From assembly GCA_907165135.1 (NCBI GenBank), contig OU015570.1, positions 124,001 through 188,000 of the forward strand: 64,000 nt of DNA. The letters are read 5' to 3'. Positions 1 to 10,899 of the stretch are shown here, one piece after another (position 1 is the stretch's first letter; each line of letters begins with the position of its first letter). This stretch comes from Oikopleura dioica (Eukaryota; Animalia; Chordata). The position numbers and the translations under genes were made by a program. Under the pieces are notes generated by a model. The model did no database searches and was not told where the DNA came from. It saw only the letters and a program-made list of their open reading frames with translations.

Positions 1-50
1 TTTGGACCAGGTATGGATTTGGACCAGGCAAGGATTTGGACCAGGCGAGG
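1..50. repeat. Short tandem repeat, about 3 copies of a 16-17 bp unit (GGATTTGGACCAGG..)
   Basis: TTTGGACCAGG recurs three times at the window start. Confidence 0.7.
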
Positions 51-59
51 ACAAACCTA

Positions 60-113
60 AAAAACTGTATGGAGATAATCTATTTTTCCCGGGCAATGCT
101 TTTCTTTCATCGG
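60..113 (-). mobile_element. Terminus of a TA-flanked CCGATGAAAG-TIR DNA element; the remainder probably runs off the window
   Basis: Reverse complement closely matches the 3182 left end (CCGATGAAAG.AAAGCATTGCCCGGGAAAAA); TA at 114-115. Confidence 0.7.
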
Positions 114-402
114 TATAGTAAACAAGTACCCAGAAGTTCAATCCCGGGTTCAAAATTTCGAAAAAGTTCATCTTCCGGTAACTAGAGAGCATCAAAGTTC
201 AAAAAATCAGTTTTTCTAAGAACAATATTTTCTTATTGTAACCATGCGAATGTACTATTCCGACCTTAAAAACTCGATTTTAAGATAAAAGTTTGAAAAC
301 AAAGATGCTCTTAATGCGGGGGTTAGAGTCTGGAGAGGGCCATTTACGGCATTATTGGGGACCAATAATGAGAATTTTCAAAAATCATTTTTTCAATTTA
401 CA

Positions 403-434
403 ACCTAACCCTAAGCCTAACCCTAACCCTAACC
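403..434. repeat. Degenerate interstitial (CCCTAA)n telomere-like tract
   Basis: AACCTAACCCTAAGCCTAACCCTAACCCTAACC; similar short tracts at about 18595-18670 and 26004-26030. Confidence 0.6.
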
Positions 435-880
435 TTGGGGAATGATTAAAATATCATCAAAAATATCAACCTACGCGTTCTTTAAGCGTAATATTCTTAA
501 ATAAAGCGGAGGACCTTTGCTCATGTCTTCCACCAGAAGAGGACCCTCTTCTTGGAAAAAGAGTTTATCCCTTCTCTAGAAGCGTAGGTTAATATTTTTG
601 ATGATTTTTCTCCAATCCCCAGAGATTCGAATGCACTCTTTCAGAAACTGGTGACCTAACATCACTGTAACCTTACTGTAAGGTGTGAAAGGCTTGACAA
701 AATTTAATGCATTTTTCAAATCTTCATTTTCCATACCAATTGCGATTTTTGGTCTTCAGACCCGCCTTCAATCCCAACTCTCCATCATAAATAGAAAAAA
801 ATCTCCGAAAATTTCCGCTTGGTGGGGGTGTAATTCTCTCATTTTTTGCCTAAGAAAATATTTCGTAGCGAATTTCCTCA

Positions 881-934
881 TAAAGAGTCATGGGCGGCTC
901 CGGGCAAGAGTGATCTCCCCTCCGAGAGAGGGAT
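881..934. repeat. Truncated copy of a GC-rich structured repeat (full copies at 19081 and 20112)
   Basis: 54 bp identical to the start of the other two copies, then diverges. Confidence 0.85.
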
Positions 935-1746
935 AGTAGTATATAGCGTAGCTGGGGTCCTTGTGCAGAGGCCTCTTCGCTATTGGCTTAAAAATTTTGG
1001 CGCGCGATTCAAATTTGTGCACTAGAAATGTAATTTCTCAATTCAGGTAAAAAATGTTCTCTAAACCTATCATTACCCATGTGCTCATAAATTGGGTGAC
1101 TATCAACTCTCATCTTTTCAATTTTTGCAAATTAAATTTATTCATTTTTTCAGAACTCGTCTTTATGGTCTTTGGCTCTTTGGCTCGCTTTTCCAGATTC
1201 TGTCTTGTAGTAAGTGTTAAAACAAGTGTATATGCTTTATCACCCTTTTCTAGAGCTGAGAACTTCTTCTGCTAATTCTCGGATGACGATTTTATGGTTT
1301 GCGACTGGCATCTTTAATTTCGGGGCTAATCAGGTAATTATTCAGCGCGTAACTTACTTGATTATCGATTCGTTGCGCTCCAATTGATTTCACTTTCAGC
1401 ATAAAAGAACTCGGCTGCAGAGCGATTCACAACATTTGCTAAAATGACTTCGTGAAAAATAGAGGAATTTTTATGCTAGAAATATAAAATGACTTCGCGT
1501 AATCTAGCATCATTCTTGAGATAAAAATCAGATGAAATGAACTCGTAACCAATTTGACCGTTGCTATATTAAATAAAAGATAATTTTTATAAAATGATTC
1601 ACCATTTCACAAGCGCTAATTCCACAAAGAAGAATTTTTTCAGAAAGCTACAATGAAAATTTTCAAAAGAGGACTACAATCAAGTAAGTACAGCATCTTT
1701 CCGAATACAGACTCATCATATTTTAAGTAAAATGCAGCGACTGATG

Positions 1747-3161
1747 CAGGGGTCTGGATTCGCTTTGCGAATTCGCTCATGAGCGTAGCGAAGCAGAGCG
1801 AAGCGAAGTCGCTTCGCTTTCGCTTTTGAAATTTCAATTCGCTTCGCTTCGCTTTCGCTTTTTACCAAAAATTTTCGCAAAAATTTCGCTCTTAACAAAT
1901 CGTTCTAAGAATTGAATATTTTGTTATTTTCATCTGCTTTAGCGAAAGCTTTACTGAGAATTTTGCTTATTGAACTTAATTTGCACTATTCAGAGTTTTG
2001 CTGAGATCATTTGAATGTTTTCAAAGTAGCCAATATTGACAATAATATATTGTGAGCTACGCTGAGCTGATGAGTGGTCACTGTTTTCCGGGATAACTTT
2101 TCCCAAGTCGCCAGAGATATCCGATTGCCGAACTTGGGGAAACGGCGACATTGGCAAACGGCGACGTGAATTTTTAAATTGATTGATCATATACAGTGAA
2201 AACCCAAAATTTGCCCACCCAAAATTTGGCCGCTTTTTGTCTTAATCCGCCTTTTTTGGAAACTCAAATCAACCCAAAATTTGGCCGCTTTTACAAAAAT
2301 AGAAAATTTTTCATCAGAATTGGGTCCAAATTATGCTCTTTCTGAATATTTTAAGCTTTTTTAAAGTGTTTATATCATTTAAAATGACTAAATTCTTATA
2401 AGAATGTCTTCCAACAAGCAAAAATTTTAATAAAATTCATCAAAAATGTGAAAATCAATGATTTTAAATCATGCCGATTTTCGAAAATTTCGAAACTTTG
2501 ATTTTTAAAGGGGAAACTTGGCTACCCGGCAAAAACCCAAAATTTGGCCGCTTGTTTCGGGAATTTACATCTGAAAACCGGTCAATTTTTGGGTTTTCAC
2601 TGTAATATGATTCATATAACTTTAACTATTGCCAATAACTTATTGGTTACTCCACAGTCAATCCCGGCTTCAACAACTTCGATCCTGGCTTTTCAGACGT
2701 CATTTCTGGCCTCTCATACCGTCAGTCTCGGGATGAACGTCCAATAACCCGGGATCGGCATTGGATCGGCATTTATTCACATTGCAGTTTGCCCAAGATT
2801 TAGGTTCCCCAAGTTGGGTAAACGGTGATTTGGGGAAACTGCATTTGGGCAAATGGAGATCACTCGAGCCACACATCCTCTTCAGCTGAGTTAGATCAGA
2901 AAATTCACGATTTCGCTCTTTCCGAAGAGGGAGTCCGAATGCCCGAAAAGAAATAAAATTGAAAGCGAACCTAAAATGGACACTTTTTCGAAGGTCAAAT
3001 ATTATCGGAAAATTTTCGCTTTTTAGAAAAATTTTCGCTTCGCTTCGCTTTCGCTTTCGAAAATTTGATTCGCTTCGCTTCGCTTTCGCTTTAAATTTTT
3101 GAAAAATTTTCGCTTTCGCTTCGCTTTCGCTTTTCATTTTTGGCCAAAATCCAGACCCCTG
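1747..3161. mobile_element. hAT-like non-autonomous element with (GCGAA/TTCGC)n subterminal repeats and nested insertions
   Basis: TIR CAGGGGTCTGGATT at both ends; arms match the 16573-17641 copy; no TSD recognisable. Confidence 0.6.
2194..2602. mobile_element. Tc1/pogo-like MITE
   Basis: TIR CAGTGAAAACCCAAAA/TTTTGGGTTTTCACTG with TA on both sides. Confidence 0.85.
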
Positions 3162-3181
3162 GCTTATATTTAACCCTTATA

Positions 3182-4706
3182 CCGATGAAAGTAAAGCATT
3201 GCCCGGGAAAAATCTCGTTCTCCATATATGGAGAACGAGATTCGGCCACCCCCTGGCGCTGTTGTCCCAGCCAAAAAGTCCTCACCGCTTTCTCACTTTT
3301 GACCAAAGCGATGGCGGAACTAAATAAAAATAATTTCGGTGGTGTTTTGTCTATTTTATGGTGCAAGAAAATAAGAATTTTTACAATAAAAAGGGACCAC
3401 ACACGAATGAATAGACAATTCAGAATAGAAAAAAGGGAGGACAGAGGGCATTGAGCTCGCGCCGATCGCGCACGAAGCAAGAGCATTCTCCACTCAACCA
3501 GACTGGTTTACCCCAAAGTTAAACTTATAGGGGTATATTGAAACTTTTCTAAAGAAAATTTCAATAAAAATGTTTTAAAAAATTTTTTTAATTTTGTTGG
3601 GAGAGAAGGCCTGACTGAGTACCCTGAAAACCTGACTGAGTGAGAAACCCTGACCTGAGTGAATATCAGGAAAAATTTTTCGAACCCTGACCCTGACCCT
3701 GTTCTCAGGTTGCCGAGCCCAGCCACTTAAAAATTGGACCACAGGGAACAGCCCCGTCCCTTGATTTTTAAATTTAAGGGGCTTGACGGCCCTTCGGGCC
3801 GTTTCAGCCCCGTCCCTTGATTTTTAAATTTAAGGGGCTTGACGGCCCTTCGGGCCGATTCAGCCACGTCCCTTGATTTTTAAATTTAAGGGGCTTGACG
3901 GCCCTTCGGGCCGTTTCAGCCCCGTCCCTTGATATATAAATTTAAGGGGCTTGACGGGCCTTCGGGCCGTTTCAGCCCCGTCCCTTGATTTATAAATTTA
4001 AGGGGCTTGACGGCCCTTCAGGCCCTTTCAGCCCCGTCCCTTGATTTTTAAATTTAAGGGGCTTGACGGCCTTTCGGGCCGTTTCAGCCCCGTCCCTTGA
4101 TTTTTAAGTTTAAGGGCTTGACGGCCCTTCGGGCCGTTTCAGCCCCGTCCCTTGATTATTGAATTTAAGGGGCTTGACAAAGGCTGGGAAAAGGCTGAGT
4201 TGATCATTCTCAGTCCCGTCCCCAACCCCGCCCGCCTCCATCTGATAAGAAAATATATAGTGTCCCTATTTTTAGTTTTTTTATGGTTTTTAATTAATTT
4301 CTTTTAGTTTGTTTACAGTCGTCAGGGGCCTGACTTAGGCTTTATCTTTGGTCAAAATAGTGACTCAAGACCTATTAAAATCAGTTCTTTTTGATTTTAA
4401 AACCTTTTTAATTTCTTTAGAAAGCTCTTTTAAGAAAATGAAAATTTTCGATTTTCTTTTCAAAAAAAAATTTCATTATGAATGTATAAATATGAATATT
4501 TTTAGTTCCCCTTTGATCACGTGAAAAAATCCAAAAATGCGAAAGTTCAGTGTGAGGATGTTCTTTTCTTAAAAGGGAAGTCTTCCAGCTGGCGGGTTCC
4601 TCCGCCGCGGAGGCTCCGCGTGGTCCTCCGCTTAATAAAAGCGAAACACGCACACTTGGTGTCGCTTAATCGGGCTCGAGTCCAGGGCAACCCCTACTTT
4701 CATCGG
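3182..4706 (+). mobile_element. TA-flanked non-autonomous DNA transposon (TIR CCGATGAAAGTA) containing a 56-bp minisatellite
   Basis: CCGATGAAAGTA...TACTTTCATCGG with TA TSD; related copies at 14915-15595, 58665-58955 and 60-113. Confidence 0.85.
3749..4178. repeat. 56-bp tandem minisatellite, about 7.7 units
   Basis: Units start at 3749, 3805, 3861, 3917, 3973, 4029, 4085 and 4140; each has the hairpin ACGGCCC-TTC-GGGCCGT. Confidence 0.95.
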
Positions 4707-4780
4707 TATGTTATTTTGAGTACCATCGAACCATTATTTCGGGGAGCTGTTTTTCGTGGAATAATCCTAGATATGTACCA

Positions 4781-5640
4781 TGTTATAGTATGACTATAAC
4801 GTATATGCATTCTGATAAGCCTACAGAAACTATGCAATTTCAAACCATAGTTACTATGCATAAGAAGTTCATGGTCACCTCGAGAATCTCACTCACTCCT
4901 ACTACTTGGTATCTTTGGAGGGGTTTTCGGAGCTGCTCACGGAAAACCGTCGGAGCTGCCGACGGAAATCCGTAAGAAATTATGGTTTTGGCGGACTATA
5001 TAAACGAAGCAGGCACTTAGAATTGGCATCCGAGTTAGGGGGCGCACTGGTTATGTCGCCGAATGTCGCCGAATGTCGCCGAATGTCGCTGAATGTCGCC
5101 GAATGTCGCCGAATGTCGCCGAATGTCGCCACTTGTTTTCGAAAAATAGGAATTATGAAAAAAATTTTTTGGCTCAAATATTCAAAACAAACTTGTTCTA
5201 GAACCGTAAAAGGCGGGAATAGTAGGAGGCGCGGCAATACAAGTGTGTCCAGCCCGACCAGTGAGTTTCCTACCACAAATTGCGCGGAGCGCTTCCTTGC
5301 CTCGAAATTATGCGAAAACAGTTCTAGAACAAGTTTGTTTTGAAATTTCTTGGTTAAAAACTAGTTTTCTTTGCAAAAATCCTGGTTTTAAAAAATAGGT
5401 GGCGACATTCGGCGACATTCGGCGACATTCGGCGACATTCAGCGACATTCGGCGACATTCGGCGACATTCGGCGACATAACCAGTGTCGACCAGTTAGGG
5501 GTCACCTTCAGAAAGACCTAACTAAGAGATATCTGTACTATGACTGTACAAGCGCTAGTCGCGGAATAAAACAGAGCTTTTTAGCTTTTTATACAAATTG
5601 TAGTGTTTTCTTATTTGAGACGCAAAGTCGCACTACAACA
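4781..5640 (+). repeat. 5' LTR (400 bp plus MITE insertion)
   Basis: Identical by eye to 12080-12479 after removing 5041-5500; TATATAAA at 4997-5004, AATAAA at 5565-5570. Confidence 0.95.
5041..5492. mobile_element. MITE with GG..CC ends, 8-bp TSD and 10-bp (GAATGTCGCC)n subterminal arrays (Merlin-like)
   Basis: TSD AGTTAGGG at 5033-5040 and 5493-5500; the empty site is visible in the 3' LTR. Confidence 0.92.
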
Positions 5641-5642
5641 TT

Positions 5643-5655
5643 TGGTGTCAGAAGT
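5643..5655 (+). promoter_or_regulatory. Primer binding site, tRNA-Leu(CAA) type
   Basis: TGGTGTCAGAAGT 2 bp after the LTR, complementary to the ...ACUUCUGACACCA 3' end of metazoan tRNA-Leu(CAA). Confidence 0.8.
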
Positions 5656-5838
5656 ATAAAGAGACCCAGCCTCAGATTAAAAGACGAGTGGATGAAAACT
5701 CACGCTAACCAGATGCCGCTTTCAAAAATCACTCTGATTTTACGACAGCTGCAACGCGTGCGCTTTACCTCGCCTAACTTCCTTTCAGACTTGCATTAAA
5801 AATTCAAACTTGCTATTGTTGCCGCTCAACCGGAAACT

Positions 5839-7461
5839 ATGTCGAAAATCGAAATCAAGAATTCAGTGTGGACTCCATCGCGATCGAAGACAGGTAAAAA
5901 ATGAAAAATAAAGGAAAAAGAGAAATCGAGAAATAATCATCAAGTTAGAATTTTTTTAAAGTATAATTGCCAGGGATTTTCACAGCAAGCGGAGCTCGCA
6001 CCCATAATGGCAGTCACCGATAGAAAATCCTTTAGGCACATAAATTTAAACTTAAAATTTGATTCAAGATAAAATTATAAATAAATAAAAATTAAGAAAT
6101 AATAAATTATTATATTTACGTTAAAGCTGTTTTAAATAAGATAATCAATAAATAAATATAAATAAAATTTTTCATTTGACATATTTTTTCTCAAATAATC
6201 TTCTTCATTGACGAATAGGAATGACGATTGCCGCCTCAGAGCTTTACTGCTTCTATGCTTACGAGCCTAAGGGCTACAAACAAGTGCTTCAAAGATATGT
6301 ATTGCCCAAAATTCAGTACATCGAGGTCGACTTGATATACCGATGAAAGCAGACTCAAATCCGGGGTTACGCCGCCACTGCAAGTCTCGAAATTTGTGAT
6401 TGGCTAGTACCAAAAGATTGTCGCCAGGGGGTGGCGACAATCTTTTTATCCAGGGTAAAGGCCTGCTTTCATCGGTATCTGGACGTCGAAAAATATAAGA
6501 AGATTTTGAGCTCTTTGCTTACATCCAAGAGACTCGCGAAAACGTGAAGCAACATCTGGGAGGCTTCAAATTTAGCGAAAGAGAAGCATGGGCTGTTTAT
6601 GAGTTCTGGAAGACGAAAGAATCGAAAAAAGATAGTCTTTTATTCTGGATCAGCAAGGCAACAACGATGGCAACAATCTGTCGTGGACACCCGGAAATGC
6701 GACAAATAAGCAAGAGTATAAATAAATCCTTCGACTTTTGTTTCAATGCGAAAAGGCACATGTGGAGTACCGACAAATTCAACGGTTGCGATCGCGACGT
6801 CGAGAAACATTACACAGAACGCGATCATAAAAATTTTCTAAAAACTGCAATGTCTCTTGCATTGAATTCACGCGATACAGGCGCTGGGGCTCAGACCACT
6901 CAACCGAGTCGACAAGAAAATGAGGAGCAGCAAAACGTTCAGGCATCATTGGTCGTCCAAAGTGTGCAGCGCGATAAGTATGTTCAACTTGCGCTTGAAC
7001 CTATTCCCACACCGCATCAAACTGTAGTTCCGATAGAATCAGCTCAATTCGTGGAAAATGCAGCTCAGGAACCGGCGAATCCAAGGGAAGGTCAAGAGCT
7101 TGATGTTGAGCAACAACCATCACCAACACCCTCGAGGATTGAGTCCGAAAACATGTTTGAAAATATTCTCCAACAATCACAATTCAATCCCAAAAGCGAC
7201 TCTTATAGAGAATCAAATGCTCAAAATCCAACGACTCCAGTTGCAACCGAGCCGCCAGTTCAACCAACGAAAAAAGCAAGACATGCTGGACCGAAATACC
7301 CAATAAATGTTTTCGAGATGATTTCTCCAACAAAAGAAGAAAAAGAATCAGCCCAACCTGAAAAACAGAAGGGAGACGAAATCAACAAAAACATCCCGCG
7401 AAGGGTTGAGGAGCTTAGTGATCACGATATCGACTTCTTTTCTGGATTTCTTACTCATTAA
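5839..7461 (+). CDS. Spliced cargo ORF-A of unknown function, interrupted by a MITE and one frameshift
   Basis: Exon 1 5839-5893 (MSKIEIKNSVWTPSRSKT), GT..AG intron 5894-6218, exon 2 in frame up to the MITE at 6340-6475, then the 6544-7461 ORF; helical N-terminal half and Q/P/E-rich tail. Confidence 0.55.
6340..6475. mobile_element. 136-bp TA-flanked MITE (TIR CCGATGAAAGCAG)
   Basis: CCGATGAAAGCAG/CTGCTTTCATCGG; TA at 6338-39 and 6476-77. Confidence 0.9.
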
Positions 7462-7562
7462 CTGTTAGAAAATTTTCTTCTTCGACTTTCTTCGATTTAC
7501 TGTCACCCATCAAGTACGCTCAATATCTGGGCTTATTTTTTGTTTTAAGACTCGAGATCTAA

Positions 7563-9129
7563 ATGGCGAATCTTATTCGAACCACACATAATGTTGTCAA
7601 AGAATGTAAAGAAGCGAAGATTCTGTTGCTTACTGAGGAAGACATAAGTGGCCCGATTGCAACTGCTGTCAAAAAGCGAATATCGAAGGAAGTTTCTTAC
7701 TGGTCACATTTGAAAATTCCATGGTGGGACAAAAATTCGCGAATAACCACAAGCAATGGGAGAAAATGTTAAAACAAGCAACGGACGTTCTAGAAGATGA
7801 AGACAATCCGGTTGTGTTCGTCGACAGAGACCTCTGTGCTCGCGATCCCAGCCACTTTAAGGCCCTACTGGATGAGATACAAGCAAAATCAAGAACAAAG
7901 AAGCATGAAATAGAAACAGAGGACATACATTCAACATCGGCGTCTCAGACAGCCAATCAAGCGCCCGCAACAACCATTCCTCAGAAAAGAGATACCGAAA
8001 TAGATCTTTTGAGGAGTGAACTGAAAAGACTCCAATTGGAAAACAAGGAAAAAGATGCATTTCTTAATAAAACGAAAATCCGGGCTGCAGCGATAGAAGA
8101 GGAAAGGCAAAAGAACATCGAGCTACTAAACCAATATCAATCACTCCAGCAGTCGATGATAGGAAGTTTTAAAAAGGCCGCAAAATTCATCAGAACGAAA
8201 ATAGATAAGGAGGCTGATAGTAGTTCTGAATCGACAAGGGAAGAAAAATCAAACACCGAGTCTGACTCAGAGTCTGAGCCAAATTCACAGTCTCAGTCTC
8301 GTCCTCAAAAGAAACATAAGGAAGAAAACTCGCGGTATAATCCCTACACGAGACCTCAAAAACAACAGGAATACACAGATCAAAAAGACAAGGGAGTAAC
8401 AAGAAAAATCAATCGAGAGATTAAGAAAAATCAGAAGAATCCCAAGTCAAATTTTACGGAAATCCAGGGAAATTCAACCTCAAAGTCTGGCAATCAAACG
8501 AGAGAATCTCGTTTTGGGAACATCTGTCCCGAAACAAGAGTGCTTTAAGGAATGCGAGAGAAGGTGGCCTCACGGACAGTCAAATGGTGTCACTGTTTAT
8601 GATGACACTTCGACCTGAAGACTACTTTCTCGAAGAACTTCTTGAGAAAGAAGAGCGTCAAGATTTCGAACTATTCCTAGAAACCATTGGAAAGCATCTT
8701 GCTGGAACTTCAAGCAGCATGATGAATGAAATATTGAGGGCAAAACGACGACCACAAGAATCGCTGCTTGCGTTCTTCATCAGACTGTGCACGATATACA
8801 AGGCATCGTCCGGAAAAAATCCAAAATCACAGGAGGCTGCGATGTTTCTGTACCCGGTGATTAGAAACAACGCCACTAGAATACAGAAAACGGAACTGAG
8901 CAGGGACCTCGAGGCTGGTGAATTGGGCAAAGCAGCAATAACTTTTGACCGACTGCGTGCAGCAATTAAGGTGGCTCAAGTCATGGATGATTCAAATTTT
9001 CACAATGAACCAGCGGAGCTCACCTATAACATAGAGGAACGAAACTACTTTGTTCAAGGACATGCACGAAATAATGGGCGAGTGGCGCTGCCAGAGACAA
9101 AAGCAAACGCTTCTCAAACCGAGGGTTAG
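7563..9129 (+). CDS. gag: Gag-like polyprotein with two homopolymer frameshifts
   Basis: ORFs 7563-7772, 7721-8548 and 8584-9129 join at A-runs (about 7735 and 8425); capsid-like VKFYGNPGKFNLKVW and RRPQESLLAFFIRL motifs; position between PBS and 3' LTR. Confidence 0.7.
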
Positions 9130-10078
9130 AACCCTGAGAACAGACGTCAGTCAGGAAGACACTTCGGATCACAATGACATCATTCCTGTGAACTGACGTA
9201 AAACGATTGATCCGACGCCAGAAAATTTGGCGGAGACATTCAACGAGACGCGCATTGATCTTTGAGAAAGCTGCGCTTAAAATTTATTTCGCGAAGAAAA
9301 TCTGGAAGAACATGAGTTCTTGCTCAAATGAAGACGAAACAGAAGGCTTCATACATCTGATCCTGATCTTTGGGATGGGTACTATTGATGGATTTGATGT
9401 TCAATTTCAGTGAGTTCGAAGCGAATTTGACGTCACGTATTAAGGCTTCATGACCCCTGTTCCAAAATATTCCTGGCCAGAATGGGTTCAGGAGTCAAGT
9501 GGGTTAAAATACGCAGCAAGTAACGCTGAACCATTAAATTGATCACTTTAACTCAAAGTCAGACAAATGCACTTGAAAAAAAGAACTTATGAACTCCTGG
9601 AGGGCTTGAAAAAAGTGGAAAAAAGCTCGGATATACAAATATTGGAAAAAATACATGCGAAATATGTATTTCATATCTCCCGTCGAAGATCCTAGACGCC
9701 ACTTCAAAGTTCTACGCTCTGTACAAGCGAATGAACAGGTCTCTCGGTGATGTGGAAGGAAACACGTATACGGTATGATCAATCGGTAGATTAAAGAGTG
9801 AGAAAACTCTGTCTAGGAGGAAAAGGAGCCGTATCAAAAGACGAATTACAAATCGGCAGGAAAACACGCTTGAGGATATAATGCGCACGAAATAGAAGAC
9901 TGAGCAAGCGAGGCCGGACAAAGGGCGAGCGGCTGCCGTTAACGAATTATCTCAAACAAGTCCGGGGCCACAGGGAGACGAGAGCTTCCCGAAAACCCCG
10001 TGCTTATCTTCGATCCAGACGATGAATGAGAAACGACGGGAAAGAGATTTTTTTTTTGCGAAATTCATCAGTGCTTAA

Positions 10079-10420
10079 CCCTGTCTCGAGCATTCAAAAT
10101 TATCCTATCTCGAGCGCGAGCACATGGCCGTGAGCTCGCCCATCTAGAGAAAAAATGTCATTTCTTTCTCTCTCTTGTCTGTGCAAAGGGCATTAATTGC
10201 AAGAAAGCTGGTCTGTAAGACAGTAAATATAACAGTCCTGATCATCGCAAGCCTCATTTCGGTCATTTTGGGGGTGACCCATCCCGATCCGACCGTGAAA
10301 AAGGGTGGTCGGCGCCGACCCTAGCCCTCAGCACAGACAAGAGAGAGAGAGAATGAACAGACATTTTTTTTTTCTCTAGATGGGCGAGCTCATGGCCGTG
10401 TGCTCGCGCTCGAGATAGGG
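10079..10420. mobile_element. piggyBac-like MITE
   Basis: TTAA|CCC...GGG|TTAA; long inverted arms (CTATCTCGAGCGCGAGCAC..); left end doubled. Confidence 0.85.
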
Positions 10421-10899
10421 TTAAGTAACTCCAGAACCGATCTGCAAATTAACGTTTAGAAAGTCATGGAGAATTACAAGTTAAGACTGATGAGACAGCA
10501 TAAATTGAAAAACAAGGAATCAAAAAGCAATTATCGATAATTAGTTAGATTAATCAGGAAACACAAAATGCGAAGAAGATACCTGAATGGAAAAGTTCCA
10601 AGAAGCAGTATCGAAAAGAATCCAAGGAAAGCAACCGATCAAGACATTATGAATAGAATCCACTAAGATACTGATGATTCTCAAGATACTTAACTGCGAC
10701 CTTGAATTCATAGCAAGCGGAAGTCAACGTTTTCAGTGTTTCACGGAAAGGATGATTGAATTGTGGAAACTCTTAAGTTCATCAAAAAACAAGACTACTT
10801 TTATTTTCTACTGGCGAGCGAAAATCAACTTTTCCGGTGTTTCATAAAAATCATTATTGTCGGTGCTACAAATAATATTTGCTCTTCCTCTTTCAGAAA

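Noticed and set aside
403-434. True telomere or telomere-fusion site
   Set aside because: Only about 5 degenerate units; similar tracts occur inside repeats elsewhere in the window
2700-3486. ORFs 2700-3137, 3091-3486, 16292-16774, 4906-5343 and 13381-13773
   Set aside because: They run through low-complexity MITE repeats (KSESEAK, MSPNVAECRR, RAREH); spurious
3749-4178. CRISPR-like array of palindromic repeats
   Set aside because: Units are head-to-tail with no unique spacers, there are no cas genes, and the context is eukaryotic; it is a minisatellite
6544-7461. env call for ORF-A or other cargo ORFs
   Set aside because: No signal peptide, furin site, fusion peptide or transmembrane helix, and it lies upstream of gag
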